This document shows, piece after piece, positions 39,394 through 50,333 of a stretch of 64,000 nt of DNA; the first letter of the stretch is position 1, and every line of letters begins with the position of its first letter. The translations under genes and the position numbers were made by a program. The DNA is from an uncultured Planctomycetales bacterium. Its GTDB lineage: Bacteria > Omnitrophota > Gorgyraeia > Zapsychrales > JANLHA01. The DNA lies in NCBI GenBank assembly GCA_964474085.1, contig CAYYRJ010000007.1, forward strand, positions 8,001 to 72,000. Reading direction: 5' to 3'. Below the pieces are notes generated by a model. That model was not told the origin of the DNA. It was given only the letters and a program-made list of their open reading frames with translations, and did no database searches.

Positions 39394-41493
39394 TTAATGA
39401 AACCCTAATAAAAGCCCACCCTGATAAATCAGCAAAGCCGCTACATAGGCTAAGCCGGTCATATAAACAATCTGAAAAATCGCCCAAAACCAACTATTTG
39501 TTTCGCGGCGCACAACCGCCACCGTGCTTATGCACTGCATCGCAAAGACATAAAAAATCATTAGGCTTATGCAAGACAATGGCGTAAACAGCAACCGCCC
39601 GTCAGGCCAAGTGGCTTTTTTGAAAGCTTCGCGCAAATGTTCATCCGCGTCGCCTTCAATGTTAAAAACAATATTCATCGTACTGACAAAAACTTCGCGA
39701 GCCGCAAAAGAACCGATCAGGCCAATCCCGATACGCCAATCGTAACCTAAAGGCTTAAGCGCCGGTTCGATCAAAATTCCCGCCTGACCGGCAAAACTGT
39801 GTTTAAGCGCTTCTGACCCGACAAGCTGATCGTGTTTGGGATAACTCATCAGCCCCCAGAGAATGATCGACAGACCAAAAATTACCGTACCTGCACGTTT
39901 GAGAAAAATAAGCGCCCGCTCCCACATGTGCATCATCACATCTTTAAAAAGCGGCAAACGATACGGCGGCAATTCCATAATAAAAACCGGCGTTTCGCTG
40001 CGAAGCAATGTCTTTTTAAAAAGCCACGCCATGGCAAAAGCGCCGACGATGCCCAGCAAATACAATCCGAGCATAAGCCCCGCTTTTTGCCAAGCCAAAG
40101 CGCCTGGAATAAGAACCGCGATAATAATTGTATACACTGGCAAACGCGCCGAGCAGCTCATCAGCGGAGCAACCAAAATCGTCGTCAAGCGATCCTTAGG
40201 ACTTTCGATCGCACGTGCGGCCATAACTCCGGGAATCGCGCACGCAAATGAAGAGAGCATCGGAATAAAAGATTTTCCGTGCAAACCAGCTTTGCTCATC
40301 AGCCGATCCATGATAAACGCGGCGCGTGCCATATAGCCGGTGTCCTGCAAAAGACCGATAAAGAAAAACAGAATCAAAATTTGCGGCAAAAAAATTACGA
40401 CCGCACCAACGCCCGCGATGATGCCATCCGTCAATAAATCCCGCAAATCGCCAGGCGGCAAAATATTTTTTACTCCCTGCGAAAAATTGCCAAAAACACC
40501 GTCAATCCAATCCATCGGATACGTCGAAATCGTAAAAATCGAATAAAACATCGCTCCCATCAACCCCAAAAAAATAAACCAACCCCAAACCTTGTGCGTT
40601 ACAATCGCGTCAATCCGGTCGGTCAGCGTCATTTCCTTTTGGCCGGGTTTTTCCTGAAAAACACCTTTCAAGCTTTTTGAAAGCCAGTGATACCGTGACT
40701 CGATGGCGACCGAACGCCAATTGATTCCCCATTCGGTCAAATCGTCCTGAATCCGACGGACACAATCGATTGTTTTTGTTCGACCCTTTAAAATTTCCTT
40801 GAGCGTTTTTTCATCTTTTGACAATAAAATAATCGCCTCGGAAAAAGCGTCGGACTTGGCGACATTTTCCTCGCGCCAAAGCAAAATCATCAGTTCCTCA
40901 ATGCGCGACTCCACCTGCTCTGGCATACGCCACAGACGCCGATCAACCGGAGAAACCCCGACACTAATAAGTTCTTTTAATTCTTCAATGCCCTTGCCCT
41001 GATTCGCAATCCCGGCGATAACCGGCGTATGCAAAACTTCCGACAATCGCTTAACATCAATTTTTTTGCCTTGCTGCTCAACCTCATCCATCATATTTAA
41101 AAAAATAATGACCGGCAGGCCCAAATCCTGAATTTGGCTAAACAAATAAAGATTGCGCTCAAGGTTGGTTGCATCGACAACGCAAACCACAATGTCCGGG
41201 CGCGTTGTGTCCTTCATGTTTCCCAAAAGAACATCGCGGGCAACTTTTTCGTCGGGAGAACGCACATCCAAACTATACGTCCCGGGAAGGTCCAAAACAT
41301 CAATCTCGCGTTTGTCCTCAAAAATGATGCGGCCCAACTTCTTTTCGACGGTCACGCCCGAATAATTTCCCACCTTTTGCCGTAATTTTGTTAACGCATT
41401 AAAAACCGTTGTCTTGCCAGAATTGGGATTTCCGGCTAACGCGACGGTTATGGCTTTTTTTTCAATCGGGGGGTTAACTAACGCTTGCGGCAT
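39394..41493 (-). CDS. feoB: Ferrous iron transporter FeoB (G-protein domain plus permease)
   Basis: N-terminal GTPase (GNPNSGKTTVFNALT, DLPGTYSL) and a C-terminal polytopic gate/permease region. Confidence 0.92.
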   Translation of the reverse strand: MPQALVNPPIEKKAITVALAGNPNSGKTTVFNALTKLRQKVGNYSGVTVEKKLGRIIFEDKREIDVLDLPGTYSLDVRSPDEKVARDVLLGNMKDTTRPDIVVCVVDATNLERNLYLFSQIQDLGLPVIIFLNMMDEVEQQGKKIDVKRLSEVLHTPVIAGIANQGKGIEELKELISVGVSPVDRRLWRMPEQVESRIEELMILLWREENVAKSDAFSEAIILLSKDEKTLKEILKGRTKTIDCVRRIQDDLTEWGINWRSVAIESRYHWLSKSLKGVFQEKPGQKEMTLTDRIDAIVTHKVWGWFIFLGLMGAMFYSIFTISTYPMDWIDGVFGNFSQGVKNILPPGDLRDLLTDGIIAGVGAVVIFLPQILILFFFIGLLQDTGYMARAAFIMDRLMSKAGLHGKSFIPMLSSFACAIPGVMAARAIESPKDRLTTILVAPLMSCSARLPVYTIIIAVLIPGALAWQKAGLMLGLYLLGIVGAFAMAWLFKKTLLRSETPVFIMELPPYRLPLFKDVMMHMWERALIFLKRAGTVIFGLSIILWGLMSYPKHDQLVGSEALKHSFAGQAGILIEPALKPLGYDWRIGIGLIGSFAAREVFVSTMNIVFNIEGDADEHLREAFKKATWPDGRLLFTPLSCISLMIFYVFAMQCISTVAVVRRETNSWFWAIFQIVYMTGLAYVAALLIYQGGLLLGFH

Positions 41494-41495
41494 TT

Positions 41496-41741
41496 TTAAA
41501 CATTCCTCTCGTCGATAACAACAAGGATCCCTTGCGCCTCTTCGCTTCGCAGGGACAGATGATATCCGCGGATCTTGATATCAATCGGATCGCCCATTGG
41601 AGCAAAACGAATCACCTCAATGGCCGTTCCGCGAATAATCCCCATTTCTAAAAGCCGCTGCGACAAAAAGCCCTGATTGAGAACCTCTTCAACAATTGCA
41701 ACTTGTCCGACTTTTAACTGATTTAATGGTATCTTTTTCAT
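41496..41741 (-). CDS. feoA: FeoA
   Basis: 81-aa SH3-like FeoA (LKVGQVAIVEEV…GIIRGTAIEVIRFAPMGDPIDIKIRGYHLSLR). Confidence 0.88.
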   Translation of the reverse strand: MKKIPLNQLKVGQVAIVEEVLNQGFLSQRLLEMGIIRGTAIEVIRFAPMGDPIDIKIRGYHLSLRSEEAQGILVVIDERNV

Positions 41742-41815
41742 ATCATTTTAGGTGTACGTATTTCTTTCAAGTTAAGGCCACTGGCGTATTTGTCAAGATT
41801 TTAACGCACTCTTTT

Positions 41816-43378
41816 TTAAAAATGATGTTCATATTCGATGATCCACTTTAATTTCCCATAGGCTGCCGGATCTGTCAAACCAAACAAATACCCGACGTCA
41901 TATTTGATATGCTCGCCTAATTTTCCATAAAAAACAGGGCCAAGCTGATGACTTTGCTTGCTGTAACCTAACCCTTCACGCAACTCTCCAAAATCGCTGT
42001 GAAGCTCCATCCCCGGCTCAAAAAACTTTTGCCAACGATAACGACTGCTCCACGCAAACCCGCCCGTTGTTTGTTCGCTTGACCCGCCGCCGACTTCTTT
42101 TTCAAAAATGATATTCGCCGTATGAAGAAAAGGCCCTAAAGATTTTTCTAATAAAATTTTGCCTTCTATTTTGTCCGCCGTTTTTTCCTTAACCGTCGTC
42201 TCATACGCAAAATACAAACCTGCATCCAGCCAATACTTTCCCTGCTCGAAAAGCTGCAAACGGTTTTCCCACTCTACGGCGGTAAACTCACAACTGTGTT
42301 CGCCCGCTTCTTTTTCTGTTTCACCGTAAATTTCCGTAAACCATCGATCGGTAATCCCGTAGCCTAAAGCGTATTTATAAACTTGTTTATTATTTTTGGA
42401 ATCGCGCTGATCAAAATCAATGCCGCCGCGGGTCTCCACCTCAAATTCGTAACCTTCGACAATCGGCGAATAAACCTTCTTTGTCGCAGCAGCTGGCGTT
42501 GAGTTAAGAAATACCATGCTTGTCCCGACGACAATGACGATAACGCCCTTGCGGGCTAAAGAATACACTTTCTTCATCGGAAAATTATCATAAACTTTTA
42601 ACAGCACTCCCATACCAATCAGCGTCAAAACAAAACTCAAGAACTCAATCCCCGAAGGACGGTCCGTATAGCCTATCAAAACATGCATCGTTTTTCCTAT
42701 AAAACTATCAGCGGAAATAACTCTGGATGTGTCCCAAACCATTGGAATAATCTCTGTTATTTTTCCGGCTGCGGCAAGATAACCAAACGCCTGTGAGACC
42801 ATTCCCGCAACCAAAAGAATGAGTAGCCAGCTGGTCACCTGAAAAATCTTTTTCGTCGGGACTTTCATCAGGCCATAATAAAGAGTAATCCCAAGGATAA
42901 TTCCTCCGCAAAGCCCCAGAATCCCGCCAAAAACAAGCCCCGAAATTTTCTCGCCCGTCACAAAAGCGCTGTACGTAAACATGACGATTTCCGCGCCCTC
43001 GCGCAAAACAGACAGAGCAACGACTGCGGCCAATGTATAGATCGGCTTGTTTCCTTTAATGACTTCTTGGCCGATATGCTTAAAGCTCTCGGACAATTGC
43101 CGGCCATGACGGTTCATCCACACGGTTGTCCACCCGATGAGCATAGCTGCAATAAAAAGAATTGAAGCATTAAGCATTTCCTGGCCCATCCCTTCTGCTG
43201 CTTGCGAGATCGCATCCGCAAAAAAAGCGATTAACACCGACCCGGCAATACCCAACAAAATACCAATAACAACCCATTGCGTACGTTTCGCCAAACTTTT
43301 GGTTGCGGCCAGCAAAATACTCACAATAAGCGCGATTTCAAAAACCTCGCGAAAAATAACTAATGCGATAGAAAACAT
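41816..43378 (-). CDS. FTR1-family iron permease (REVFE motif) fused in-frame to a C-terminal signal-peptide-bearing beta-rich domain
   Basis: The N-terminal ~265 aa is a 7-TM FTR1/EfeU-like permease with REVFE and a second REGAE motif. There is no stop codon before an internal MKKVYSLARKGVIVIVVGTSMVFLNSTPAAA signal-peptide-like segment, and a 240-aa beta-rich domain ending …IEYEHHF follows. Confidence 0.6.
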   Translation of the reverse strand: MFSIALVIFREVFEIALIVSILLAATKSLAKRTQWVVIGILLGIAGSVLIAFFADAISQAAEGMGQEMLNASILFIAAMLIGWTTVWMNRHGRQLSESFKHIGQEVIKGNKPIYTLAAVVALSVLREGAEIVMFTYSAFVTGEKISGLVFGGILGLCGGIILGITLYYGLMKVPTKKIFQVTSWLLILLVAGMVSQAFGYLAAAGKITEIIPMVWDTSRVISADSFIGKTMHVLIGYTDRPSGIEFLSFVLTLIGMGVLLKVYDNFPMKKVYSLARKGVIVIVVGTSMVFLNSTPAAATKKVYSPIVEGYEFEVETRGGIDFDQRDSKNNKQVYKYALGYGITDRWFTEIYGETEKEAGEHSCEFTAVEWENRLQLFEQGKYWLDAGLYFAYETTVKEKTADKIEGKILLEKSLGPFLHTANIIFEKEVGGGSSEQTTGGFAWSSRYRWQKFFEPGMELHSDFGELREGLGYSKQSHQLGPVFYGKLGEHIKYDVGYLFGLTDPAAYGKLKWIIEYEHHF

Positions 43379-43407
43379 ACATCCTCTCTTTCGATTTAAA
43401 AATTTGT

Positions 43408-43755
43408 TTACTGGACGATGATCTTGCCCTGAGCGCTGGCCGGATGAAATTCTCCAAAAAACTTATACGTCCCAGCTTTCAGCGGGCCGATATAGAGAGT
43501 GATTTTCCCGTTCCCAGAGACGACCTTCTCGCGGCGCAAGTCATAACTCTCAAATTCCTCAGCCGTTGCGTCATGATTTTCAATGACAATTTTGATTTTC
43601 TGATTCGCCGCAACCACAAGCTCTGCAGGAAAAAACTGATGTCCGCGGATTACAATAAGATGCTCTTGTTGCTCTGCTGTGGCTAAACCATCCGCTCCCA
43701 GCAAAAAGCCCATTATTGCAATCCATATAAAAAATTCTTTCTTCGCGTATTGCAT
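43408..43755 (-). CDS. Cupredoxin-like periplasmic protein (FtrB/EfeO-N-like partner of FTR1)
   Basis: Signal peptide, then a cupredoxin fold pattern (HLIVIRGHQFFPAELVVAANQKIKIVIENHD…GTYKFFGEFHPASAQGKIIV). The likely start is MQYAKKE at 43753-43755 with an AAAAGGGG Shine-Dalgarno. Confidence 0.6.
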   Translation of the reverse strand: MQYAKKEFFIWIAIMGFLLGADGLATAEQQEHLIVIRGHQFFPAELVVAANQKIKIVIENHDATAEEFESYDLRREKVVSGNGKITLYIGPLKAGTYKFFGEFHPASAQGKIIVQ

Positions 43756-43873
43756 AGAAACCCCTTTTAAATAAGTCATCAAACGGCGCATATTGTTTTT
43801 CTACAATACCAAACCGAATCTTTCTGTCAAGAAATAATTTACAGAGCATCCTCTTTCAAGAATATGCAGGACG

Positions 43874-43913
43874 AAAAAAAATGGACTCCACGGTTAATAT
43901 TCCATGGAGTCCA
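43874..43913 (-). terminator. Rho-independent terminator downstream of cysK
   Basis: On the minus RNA, a 13-bp stem AUGGACUCCAUGG / CCGUGGAGUCCAU (one G:U) with an AAUAUUAA loop is followed directly by UUUUUUUU. Confidence 0.7.
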
Positions 43914-43977
43914 TTCTTCCATTGTGTTCTTATGCGCCTTGCAATAACTTATTTCGCCAATCCAGAACCTTTTACGA

Positions 43978-44913
43978 TCAGCTGCGAAATTCCGCAAATA
44001 GATCCGTCGATAAATATCTTTCCCCTGTACTGGGGATAATAACGACGATCATCTTGCCCTTGCTTTCCGGACGCTTGGCAACTTCCAAGGCCGCATAAAC
44101 AGCGGCACCGGATGAAATCCCGCAAAGAATCCCCTCTTCACGAATCAAACGCCGTGCATACGCAAACGCCTGATCATTGTCGACCTGAATGATTTCATCA
44201 ATCAATTTCGTATTTAAAATACTGGGAACAAATCCCGCGCCTATTCCCTGAATCTTGTGCGGCCCGGGCACCCCGCCGGAGAGAACCGGCGAACCCTTTG
44301 GCTCAATGGCAATCGCTTTAAAAGACGGTTTTCGCTCTTTGATCATACTGGCAACTCCGGTCAAAGTCCCGCCGGTGCCGATGCCGGAAATCAAAATATC
44401 TGCTTTCCCGTCGGTGTCACGCCAAATTTCTTCGGCTGTGGTCTTGCGGTGAATTTCGGGATTGGCAAGGTTGTCAAATTGCTGGGGTTGAAAGTAATTA
44501 GGGTCTGATGCGGCCAATTCTTTGGCTTTAGCAATAGCGCCTCTCATGCCTTCCGGTCCGGGAGTTAAAATCAATGTCGCGCCCAAAGCGCGCAACAGCG
44601 CTCGGCGCTCTAAACTCATGGTTTCGGGCATCGTTAAAATCAACTTATACCCCTTAACCGCCGCAACAAACGCAAGCGCAATCCCTGTATTTCCGGATGT
44701 CGGCTCGACAAGCGTTGTTTTCCCTTTTATGATTTTACCGGCTTTTTCTCCAGCTTCAATCATCGCTAAACCGATACGATCTTTCACAGAACTCAACGGA
44801 TTAAAAAACTCCAGTTTTAAAACAATTTCCGCATGGCCGCCTTCGTTGAGCTTGTTTAAACGAACCAGCGGCGTGTTGCCGATTAACTCTGTAATGTCGT
44901 TTGCGATTTTCAT
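43978..44913 (-). CDS. cysK: Cysteine synthase A (O-acetylserine sulfhydrylase)
   Basis: The PLP-lysine motif ([10 protein letters not shown]), the GNTG loop and the GIGTGGT motif are present. The start is [17 protein letters not shown] at 44911-44913 with an AAGGAGAAAAAG Shine-Dalgarno. Confidence 0.9.
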   Translation of the reverse strand: MKIANDITELIGNTPLVRLNKLNEGGHAEIVLKLEFFNPLSSVKDRIGLAMIEAGEKAGKIIKGKTTLVEPTSGNTGIALAFVAAVKGYKLILTMPETMSLERRALLRALGATLILTPGPEGMRGAIAKAKELAASDPNYFQPQQFDNLANPEIHRKTTAEEIWRDTDGKADILISGIGTGGTLTGVASMIKERKPSFKAIAIEPKGSPVLSGGVPGPHKIQGIGAGFVPSILNTKLIDEIIQVDNDQAFAYARRLIREEGILCGISSGAAVYAALEVAKRPESKGKMIVVIIPSTGERYLSTDLFAEFRS

Positions 44914-44938
44914 CTTTTTCTCCTTTTTAGTGATGATA

Positions 44939-45955
44939 TTAAATATCATATTCGCTGTACGTGATATTTTTGGGGGTCAAACAGATCTCCTCATTCTTTA
45001 TTAATTTTAAATTCTTATAATCTTCCTGCGAAATTTCCGCCTGCACAGCTTGCCCGTCACTCGTTAGAGCATCGATCTTAACTACGGCGCCGGCAGGATT
45101 AATAAACGTGATTCGCGCCTTAATCGAATTGGCAGAAACAAGATTGCGCGTAACAGACAATTCATGGGGCCGGACATACATTTTTTTTGCCTTGGCCGCC
45201 AGATTACCTTCCTCAATGCGGGCATGAAACAAATTCACATTGCCCAAAAAATTTAAAACAAACACATTGGCCGGATTATGATAGACGTCTTCCGGCGTCC
45301 CGACTTGCTCAATCTTTCCCTTATTCATAACGACAACCCGGTCCGCCACCTCAAGGGCTTCTTCCTGATCATGCGTTACAAAAAGTGTAGTGATGTGCAA
45401 ATCATCGTGAAACCGTCTAAGCCACTGGCGTAATTCTTTTCGCACCTTAGCATCCAGCGAACCAAAAGGCTCGTCGAGCAAAAGCACTTTTGGCTCAATG
45501 GCCAACGCGCGGGCCAAGGCAATGCGCTGGCGCTGACCGCCGGACAATTGCGCGGGATAGCGATTGGCAACCCAATCTAACTGGACAAGTTTGAGCAGTT
45601 CGTGGACCTTGGCTTTTATCTGTTCCTGGCTGGGACGAATCGCCTTGGGTTTAACCTGCAGTCCAAAAGCGATATTTTCGAAAACGCTCATATGGCGAAA
45701 AAGCGCATAATGCTGGAACACAAACCCAACACTGCGATCTTTAGTCTTTTCTTCTTTAACATCCCGGCCATGAAAAAAAATCTCGCCCGCATCCGCATTT
45801 TCCAGGCCCGCAATAATCCGAAGAAGCGTCGTCTTGCCAGAGCCCGACGGGCCTAATAAAGCAATCAGCTCACCCGTCTGAATCTTTAAATCAACATTTT
45901 CAAGTGCGTGAAAAGACCCAAATGCTTTTGTGACCGCTTTGACTTCAATGCTCAT
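44939..45955 (-). CDS. cysA: Sulfate/thiosulfate ABC transporter ATP-binding protein (with C-terminal TOBE domain)
   Basis: Walker [10 protein letters not shown], the LSGGQRQR signature and Walker [12 protein letters not shown] are followed by a TOBE-like C-terminal domain. Confidence 0.88.
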   Translation of the reverse strand: MSIEVKAVTKAFGSFHALENVDLKIQTGELIALLGPSGSGKTTLLRIIAGLENADAGEIFFHGRDVKEEKTKDRSVGFVFQHYALFRHMSVFENIAFGLQVKPKAIRPSQEQIKAKVHELLKLVQLDWVANRYPAQLSGGQRQRIALARALAIEPKVLLLDEPFGSLDAKVRKELRQWLRRFHDDLHITTLFVTHDQEEALEVADRVVVMNKGKIEQVGTPEDVYHNPANVFVLNFLGNVNLFHARIEEGNLAAKAKKMYVRPHELSVTRNLVSANSIKARITFINPAGAVVKIDALTSDGQAVQAEISQEDYKNLKLIKNEEICLTPKNITYSEYDI

Positions 45956-46830
45956 GATAAGTTTTCCGTCTTTAATGCTGTTTTTCCACCAAAAGGGGAT
46001 CCGCCTCGGGCGGATAATTGCGCCCGATATTTAAACTCGACAAGTGTTTTAAAAAATAATGTGACAAGCGCCAGCATCGCCAGCAAAGATGCCGCGGCAA
46101 AAGCGCCGGTAAAATTGTATTCATTATACAAAATTTCAATATGCAAAGGCAACGTGTTAGTCTGCCCGCGAATATGCCCTGACACGACGGAAACTGCGCC
46201 AAACTCTCCCATGGCGCGCGCATTACAAAGAATAATGCCATAAAGAAGACCCCATTTGATATTGGGCAATGTCACCCGCAAGAATGTTTGAAACCCGCTT
46301 GCCCCTAACGTGATGGCCGCCTCTTCTTCTTCGTTGCCCTGCGCTTTCATGACCGGAATAAGTTCACGCGCAACCATCGGGAACGTGACAAAAATCGTCG
46401 CGAGAATAATCGCCGGCGGGGCAAAAATAATTTTGATTCCCCTTTCCATTAACCACGGCCCGAAAGCGCCCTGAGCGCCAAACATCAGCACATAGACCAA
46501 CCCCGAAATAACCGGCGACACGGACAATGGCAAATCGATGAGTGTCGTCAAAAAACCTTTTCCCCAAAAATCAAATTTGGCAATTGCCCACGACGCGGCA
46601 ATCCCAAAAACCACGTTAAGCACAACCGCAACAAGCGCCGTTACAACTGTCAAACGGATTGCGGATAAAGCATCCGGATTATTGATGGACTTAAAATAAA
46701 TTTCTATTCCTTTGCCAAACCCCGTCGTAAAAACCATTGTTAACGGTAAAAAAATAAAAAACCCTAAGAAAACTAAAGCTATCCCAATTAAAATCCAACG
46801 CACCCAAGTCGGTTCACTGCGGCTGGCCAT
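45952..46830 (-). CDS. cysW: Sulfate ABC transporter permease CysW
   Basis: Six-TM MetI-like permease with an EAA-like loop ([18 protein letters not shown]). Confidence 0.8.
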   Translation of the reverse strand: MASRSEPTWVRWILIGIALVFLGFFIFLPLTMVFTTGFGKGIEIYFKSINNPDALSAIRLTVVTALVAVVLNVVFGIAASWAIAKFDFWGKGFLTTLIDLPLSVSPVISGLVYVLMFGAQGAFGPWLMERGIKIIFAPPAIILATIFVTFPMVARELIPVMKAQGNEEEEAAITLGASGFQTFLRVTLPNIKWGLLYGIILCNARAMGEFGAVSVVSGHIRGQTNTLPLHIEILYNEYNFTGAFAAASLLAMLALVTLFFKTLVEFKYRAQLSARGGSPFGGKTALKTENLS

Positions 46831-46831
46831 T

Positions 46832-47665
46832 TTAATTCATTCCTATTTTTCTTGAAGAGAAAGCCTGCAAACTATTAATAACCGCAAGCATCACAAAAGA
46901 AACCAAAAGCATCACAACCGCAATCGCAGTCGCTCCCGGATAATCGTATTGCTCTAATTTTGTCATAATCAACAATGGCGCAATTTCTGTTTTGCCAGGC
47001 ATATTTCCGGCGATAAAAATAACCGAACCGTACTCGCCAATGCCGCGCGCGAACGCTAAAACAAAACCAGTAATCAAAGGCGGAACAAGTGTTGGGAAAA
47101 TGACTTTTACAAAAACCTGCCAGCGATTGGCGCCCAAACTCGCCGCAGCATCTTCCAGCTCGCCGTCAAATTCCTGCAAAACCGGTTCAAGGGTACGCAC
47201 CACAAAAGGCAAACCAATAAAAATCAGCGCCAGCGTGATCCCCAAAGGACTGTAAGCCGATTGTATGCCTAACGCATAGAGATGTTTTCCGATGAAGCCA
47301 TTTTGCGCATACAGCGACGTTAACGCAATCCCGGCAACCGCCGTCGGAAGTGCTAAGGGAAAATCAACGAGAGAATCAATAATTTTTTTCCCCGGAAATT
47401 GATAGCGCGCCAAAACCCACGCGATCAAAAATCCAAAAACAACATTGATCAAGCCGGCCACAAAACTTGCGCCAAAACTTAGCCGATACGCAGAAAGGGT
47501 CCGTGGGCTTAGAATTACTTCAGTAAAATGCCCCCAACCCATCGTCGATGTTTTCAAAAAAAGCATCGACAATGGAATTAAAACAATCAAGCTTAGGTAA
47601 AAAATCGTGTACCCTAAAGCAAGCTTAAACCCAGGAAGCGTAGATTTTTGTTTTAAGAGAGACAT
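46832..47665 (-). CDS. cysT: Sulfate ABC transporter permease CysT (CysU)
   Basis: Six-TM MetI-like permease with an EAA loop ([17 protein letters not shown]). Confidence 0.8.
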   Translation of the reverse strand: MSLLKQKSTLPGFKLALGYTIFYLSLIVLIPLSMLFLKTSTMGWGHFTEVILSPRTLSAYRLSFGASFVAGLINVVFGFLIAWVLARYQFPGKKIIDSLVDFPLALPTAVAGIALTSLYAQNGFIGKHLYALGIQSAYSPLGITLALIFIGLPFVVRTLEPVLQEFDGELEDAAASLGANRWQVFVKVIFPTLVPPLITGFVLAFARGIGEYGSVIFIAGNMPGKTEIAPLLIMTKLEQYDYPGATAIAVVMLLVSFVMLAVINSLQAFSSRKIGMN

Positions 47666-47838
47666 ATTATTTTTTAGAAAGGATACCTTAAAGTCTTATG
47701 CTCAAACAATGTCTCGCGTTGTCCCGATGATTGGGCGGGACCATGCTCGCCAAACTCGCCTAAGACGAAAAAGCAACCTTCTTATATTTAATTTCCGCAC
47801 TAATGACTTCTGTTCACTTCGTTATGCAAATCATGTGC

Positions 47839-48843
47839 TCATTGATAAATCTGGTCAAACGTTCCTTTATCCGCAAAATGCGTTTTTTGCGCTTTTTGCC
47901 AGCCGCCGAAAACCTCATCAATTGTAAACAAATTGACCGGCTTAAAATTTTCGGTATATCGTTTAGCAATTTCTTCAGAACGCGGACGATAATAATTCTT
48001 TGCCGCAATTTCCTGCCCTTCTTCTGAATAAAGATACTTTAAATATTCTTCTGCGGCTTTAAGCGTTCCGTGACGGCTGGCATTGCGCTCGACAACAGCA
48101 ACCGGCGGCTCGGCCAAAATACTGACCGATGGAATCACAATTTCAAACTTGTCTTTACCTAATTGATTAACTGCCAAATACGCCTCATTTTCCCACGAAA
48201 TAAAAACATCGCCAATCCCCCGCTCGACAAACGTCGTCGTAGAGCCGCGCGCGCCGGAGTCAAGAACAGACACATTTTTAAAAATCGCTTTTAAAAAATC
48301 CTGCGCCTTGACTTGGTCATTATCCCATTTCTTAAGCGCATAACCCCACGCAGCCAAATAATTCCAGCGCGCCCCGCCGGAAGTTTTGGGATTTGGCGTG
48401 ACCACATTAATCCCGGGCTTGGCTAAATCGTCCCAGTCTTTGATATTTTTAGGATTGCCTTTGCGCACCAAAAGAACAATCGTTGACGTATACGGCGAGC
48501 TATTGTTTGGCAGACGCTCTTGCCATTTTGTTGAAAGAAACCCCGACTTTTCGGCAATCGAATCGATATCATACGCAAGAGCCAGCGTTACAACATCCGC
48601 TTCCAAGCCATCGATAACGCCACGCGCCTGTTTGCCTGAGCCGCCGTGAGACTGATTGATTTCAAGCATTTCTCCGGTTAACTCTTGCCAATGTTTGATA
48701 AAAGCCTTGTTGTACTCTTCGTAAAGTTCACGCGTCGGGTCATAAGAAACATTTAAAAGCGCCTTTGGTTTGGCAGCAAAAACCTGCGGAACATTTGCGC
48801 CAAAAACAGCCAGCGCTAAAATCATCAAGAATATTTTACGCAC
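47839..48843 (-). CDS. sbp: Sulfate/thiosulfate-binding periplasmic protein (Sbp/CysP)
   Basis: Signal peptide, then the sulfate-binding protein fold ([13 protein letters not shown]…, [17 protein letters not shown]). Confidence 0.85.
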   Translation of the reverse strand: MRKIFLMILALAVFGANVPQVFAAKPKALLNVSYDPTRELYEEYNKAFIKHWQELTGEMLEINQSHGGSGKQARGVIDGLEADVVTLALAYDIDSIAEKSGFLSTKWQERLPNNSSPYTSTIVLLVRKGNPKNIKDWDDLAKPGINVVTPNPKTSGGARWNYLAAWGYALKKWDNDQVKAQDFLKAIFKNVSVLDSGARGSTTTFVERGIGDVFISWENEAYLAVNQLGKDKFEIVIPSVSILAEPPVAVVERNASRHGTLKAAEEYLKYLYSEEGQEIAAKNYYRPRSEEIAKRYTENFKPVNLFTIDEVFGGWQKAQKTHFADKGTFDQIYQ

Positions 48844-48893
48844 TTTTTTTCTCCTTTAAAATCCCATAAACCGGGAATTTTTTATTAATCTGT

Positions 48894-50303
48894 TTAGTAA
48901 GAAACCTGAAAGCGGGTCAAAACAACATCTTCGGTTCTGCGATCGCCGACGGTAGCGCCACGATCAAATCGAGTTTGTTCAAAGCCTAAAGAAATCCGAT
49001 AATTTTTGCTCAAATACCAATTGGCTCCGACGCCCCAGGCATCCGCGCCCGAAACTGAACTGCTAAGGCTGGCAAAGCCGCTGTCAAAAATACTGTTGTC
49101 AATCGACAAATGACCATAGCGGGCCACAACATCAAATGCTCCCCAAGTGTCTTTGGCCAAATCAAAATTATTTCGCGGCGTCACACCTTTAAACGTCGCC
49201 AATTCCCCGGTCAACACATAGTTTCCGGAAATTTGCCATGCCGTATTTTCAAACGTCCCGCGAATAATGCTCGCACCGCTGGTGCGAACAACTTTTTGAT
49301 TTGACTGAATATATTCTCCCAAGAGTCCCAGAGAGCCATTATAAAAAGAAACTTGCGGAGTCAAACGCGCATGAAGTCCGTCGGCGGTAATCCCTGAAGA
49401 ATAACTAAAAATACTCGCCTGACCTGTAGACTTATACGTCGGAATCGTCGATCCTTCATTGTGTCCAAAAGAACCGGCAAGCCCGATGCCTAGACCTTTA
49501 AAAAACTCGGGCCCCTTATTTTTAAACGGCGAAACGAACACGCGACCCAAAACATCTTTGTCATTATTGTTGTCCGTATCCTGGCCGGTTGAGCTGGCCA
49601 AATCCGCAGAACCGTTAAAAATACCGACGTTGTAATTTACGGTTTCCTTAAAAAGATCGCCTGACAACTGAAAACCAACTTCGCGATTCGGCGCTAAATT
49701 GCTTGGCAAACCGACTTCGCTAAAATTATTTGCACTATCCGATTGAAAACGCTCGAGAGCAAAAGGCACTTTGAATTTACCGCCTTTTAACTTAAGCGCC
49801 GGCGAAAACTTGATTTCACTATACGCATCAACAAGCGTTGAAGCACCGCTTCCAAAATCCGGCATGATGTAAAAATCAAAAATCTTGCCGACAGTGCCTT
49901 CAAAAATCAAGCGCGCCCGACGAACGCTAAAGGTATCATTGACGCCAAGATTCTTTTTGTCATAAAAGAAAAAACGGCCGTCCGTCTGAGCATAGCCGCG
50001 AAGTTTTAATTTAAAACTTTCATCCGCGTTTTTAATACTAAAGCCGTCTTTGACATTTGCGGTAACAATCGGCGTTTCTGCTGTCTTTTTTCCTTCTTCT
50101 TCCTTTTTAACTTCCAATTGCCGCTTGAGAACCGCGATTTCCTGCTCTAAGCCTTCAAGCCGCTTCTCGATTGCAGACGTTGATGAAGAATCCGCTGCAG
50201 GAGTCGATTGCACTGACTCTGGCCCATCGGATGCCCAAGCTATTAATGGAGAAGCTCCTCCTAAAATCAACAATGCCATTAAAAAACCTTTAAACTTTTG
50301 CAT
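48894..50303 (-). CDS. Outer-membrane porin, OprO/OprP (phosphate-selective porin O/P)-like, with N-terminal coiled-coil
   Basis: Signal peptide, an N-terminal coiled coil (IEKRLEGLEQEIAVLKRQLEVKKEEE), a beta-strand-rich body and a C-terminal aromatic residue (…TRFQVSY). Confidence 0.5.
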   Translation of the reverse strand: MQKFKGFLMALLILGGASPLIAWASDGPESVQSTPAADSSSTSAIEKRLEGLEQEIAVLKRQLEVKKEEEGKKTAETPIVTANVKDGFSIKNADESFKLKLRGYAQTDGRFFFYDKKNLGVNDTFSVRRARLIFEGTVGKIFDFYIMPDFGSGASTLVDAYSEIKFSPALKLKGGKFKVPFALERFQSDSANNFSEVGLPSNLAPNREVGFQLSGDLFKETVNYNVGIFNGSADLASSTGQDTDNNNDKDVLGRVFVSPFKNKGPEFFKGLGIGLAGSFGHNEGSTIPTYKSTGQASIFSYSSGITADGLHARLTPQVSFYNGSLGLLGEYIQSNQKVVRTSGASIIRGTFENTAWQISGNYVLTGELATFKGVTPRNNFDLAKDTWGAFDVVARYGHLSIDNSIFDSGFASLSSSVSGADAWGVGANWYLSKNYRISLGFEQTRFDRGATVGDRRTEDVVLTRFQVSY

Positions 50304-50333
50304 TCCATTCTCCTTTATATATCTGTTCTTGTA

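Noticed and set aside
41742-41815. Looked for a Fur box (GATAATGATAATCATTATC-like) upstream of feoA and upstream of the cupredoxin/FTR1 operon (43756-43873)
   Set aside because: No 19-bp Fur-like palindrome is recognisable. Only sigma-70-like hexamers are seen, for example TTGACA at 41782.
47666-47838. 173-nt gap between sbp and cysT: looked for a riboswitch or small ORF
   Set aside because: Only a short hairpin (GUCCCG…CGGGAC) and AT-rich sequence. No conserved motif is recognisable, so no feature is called.
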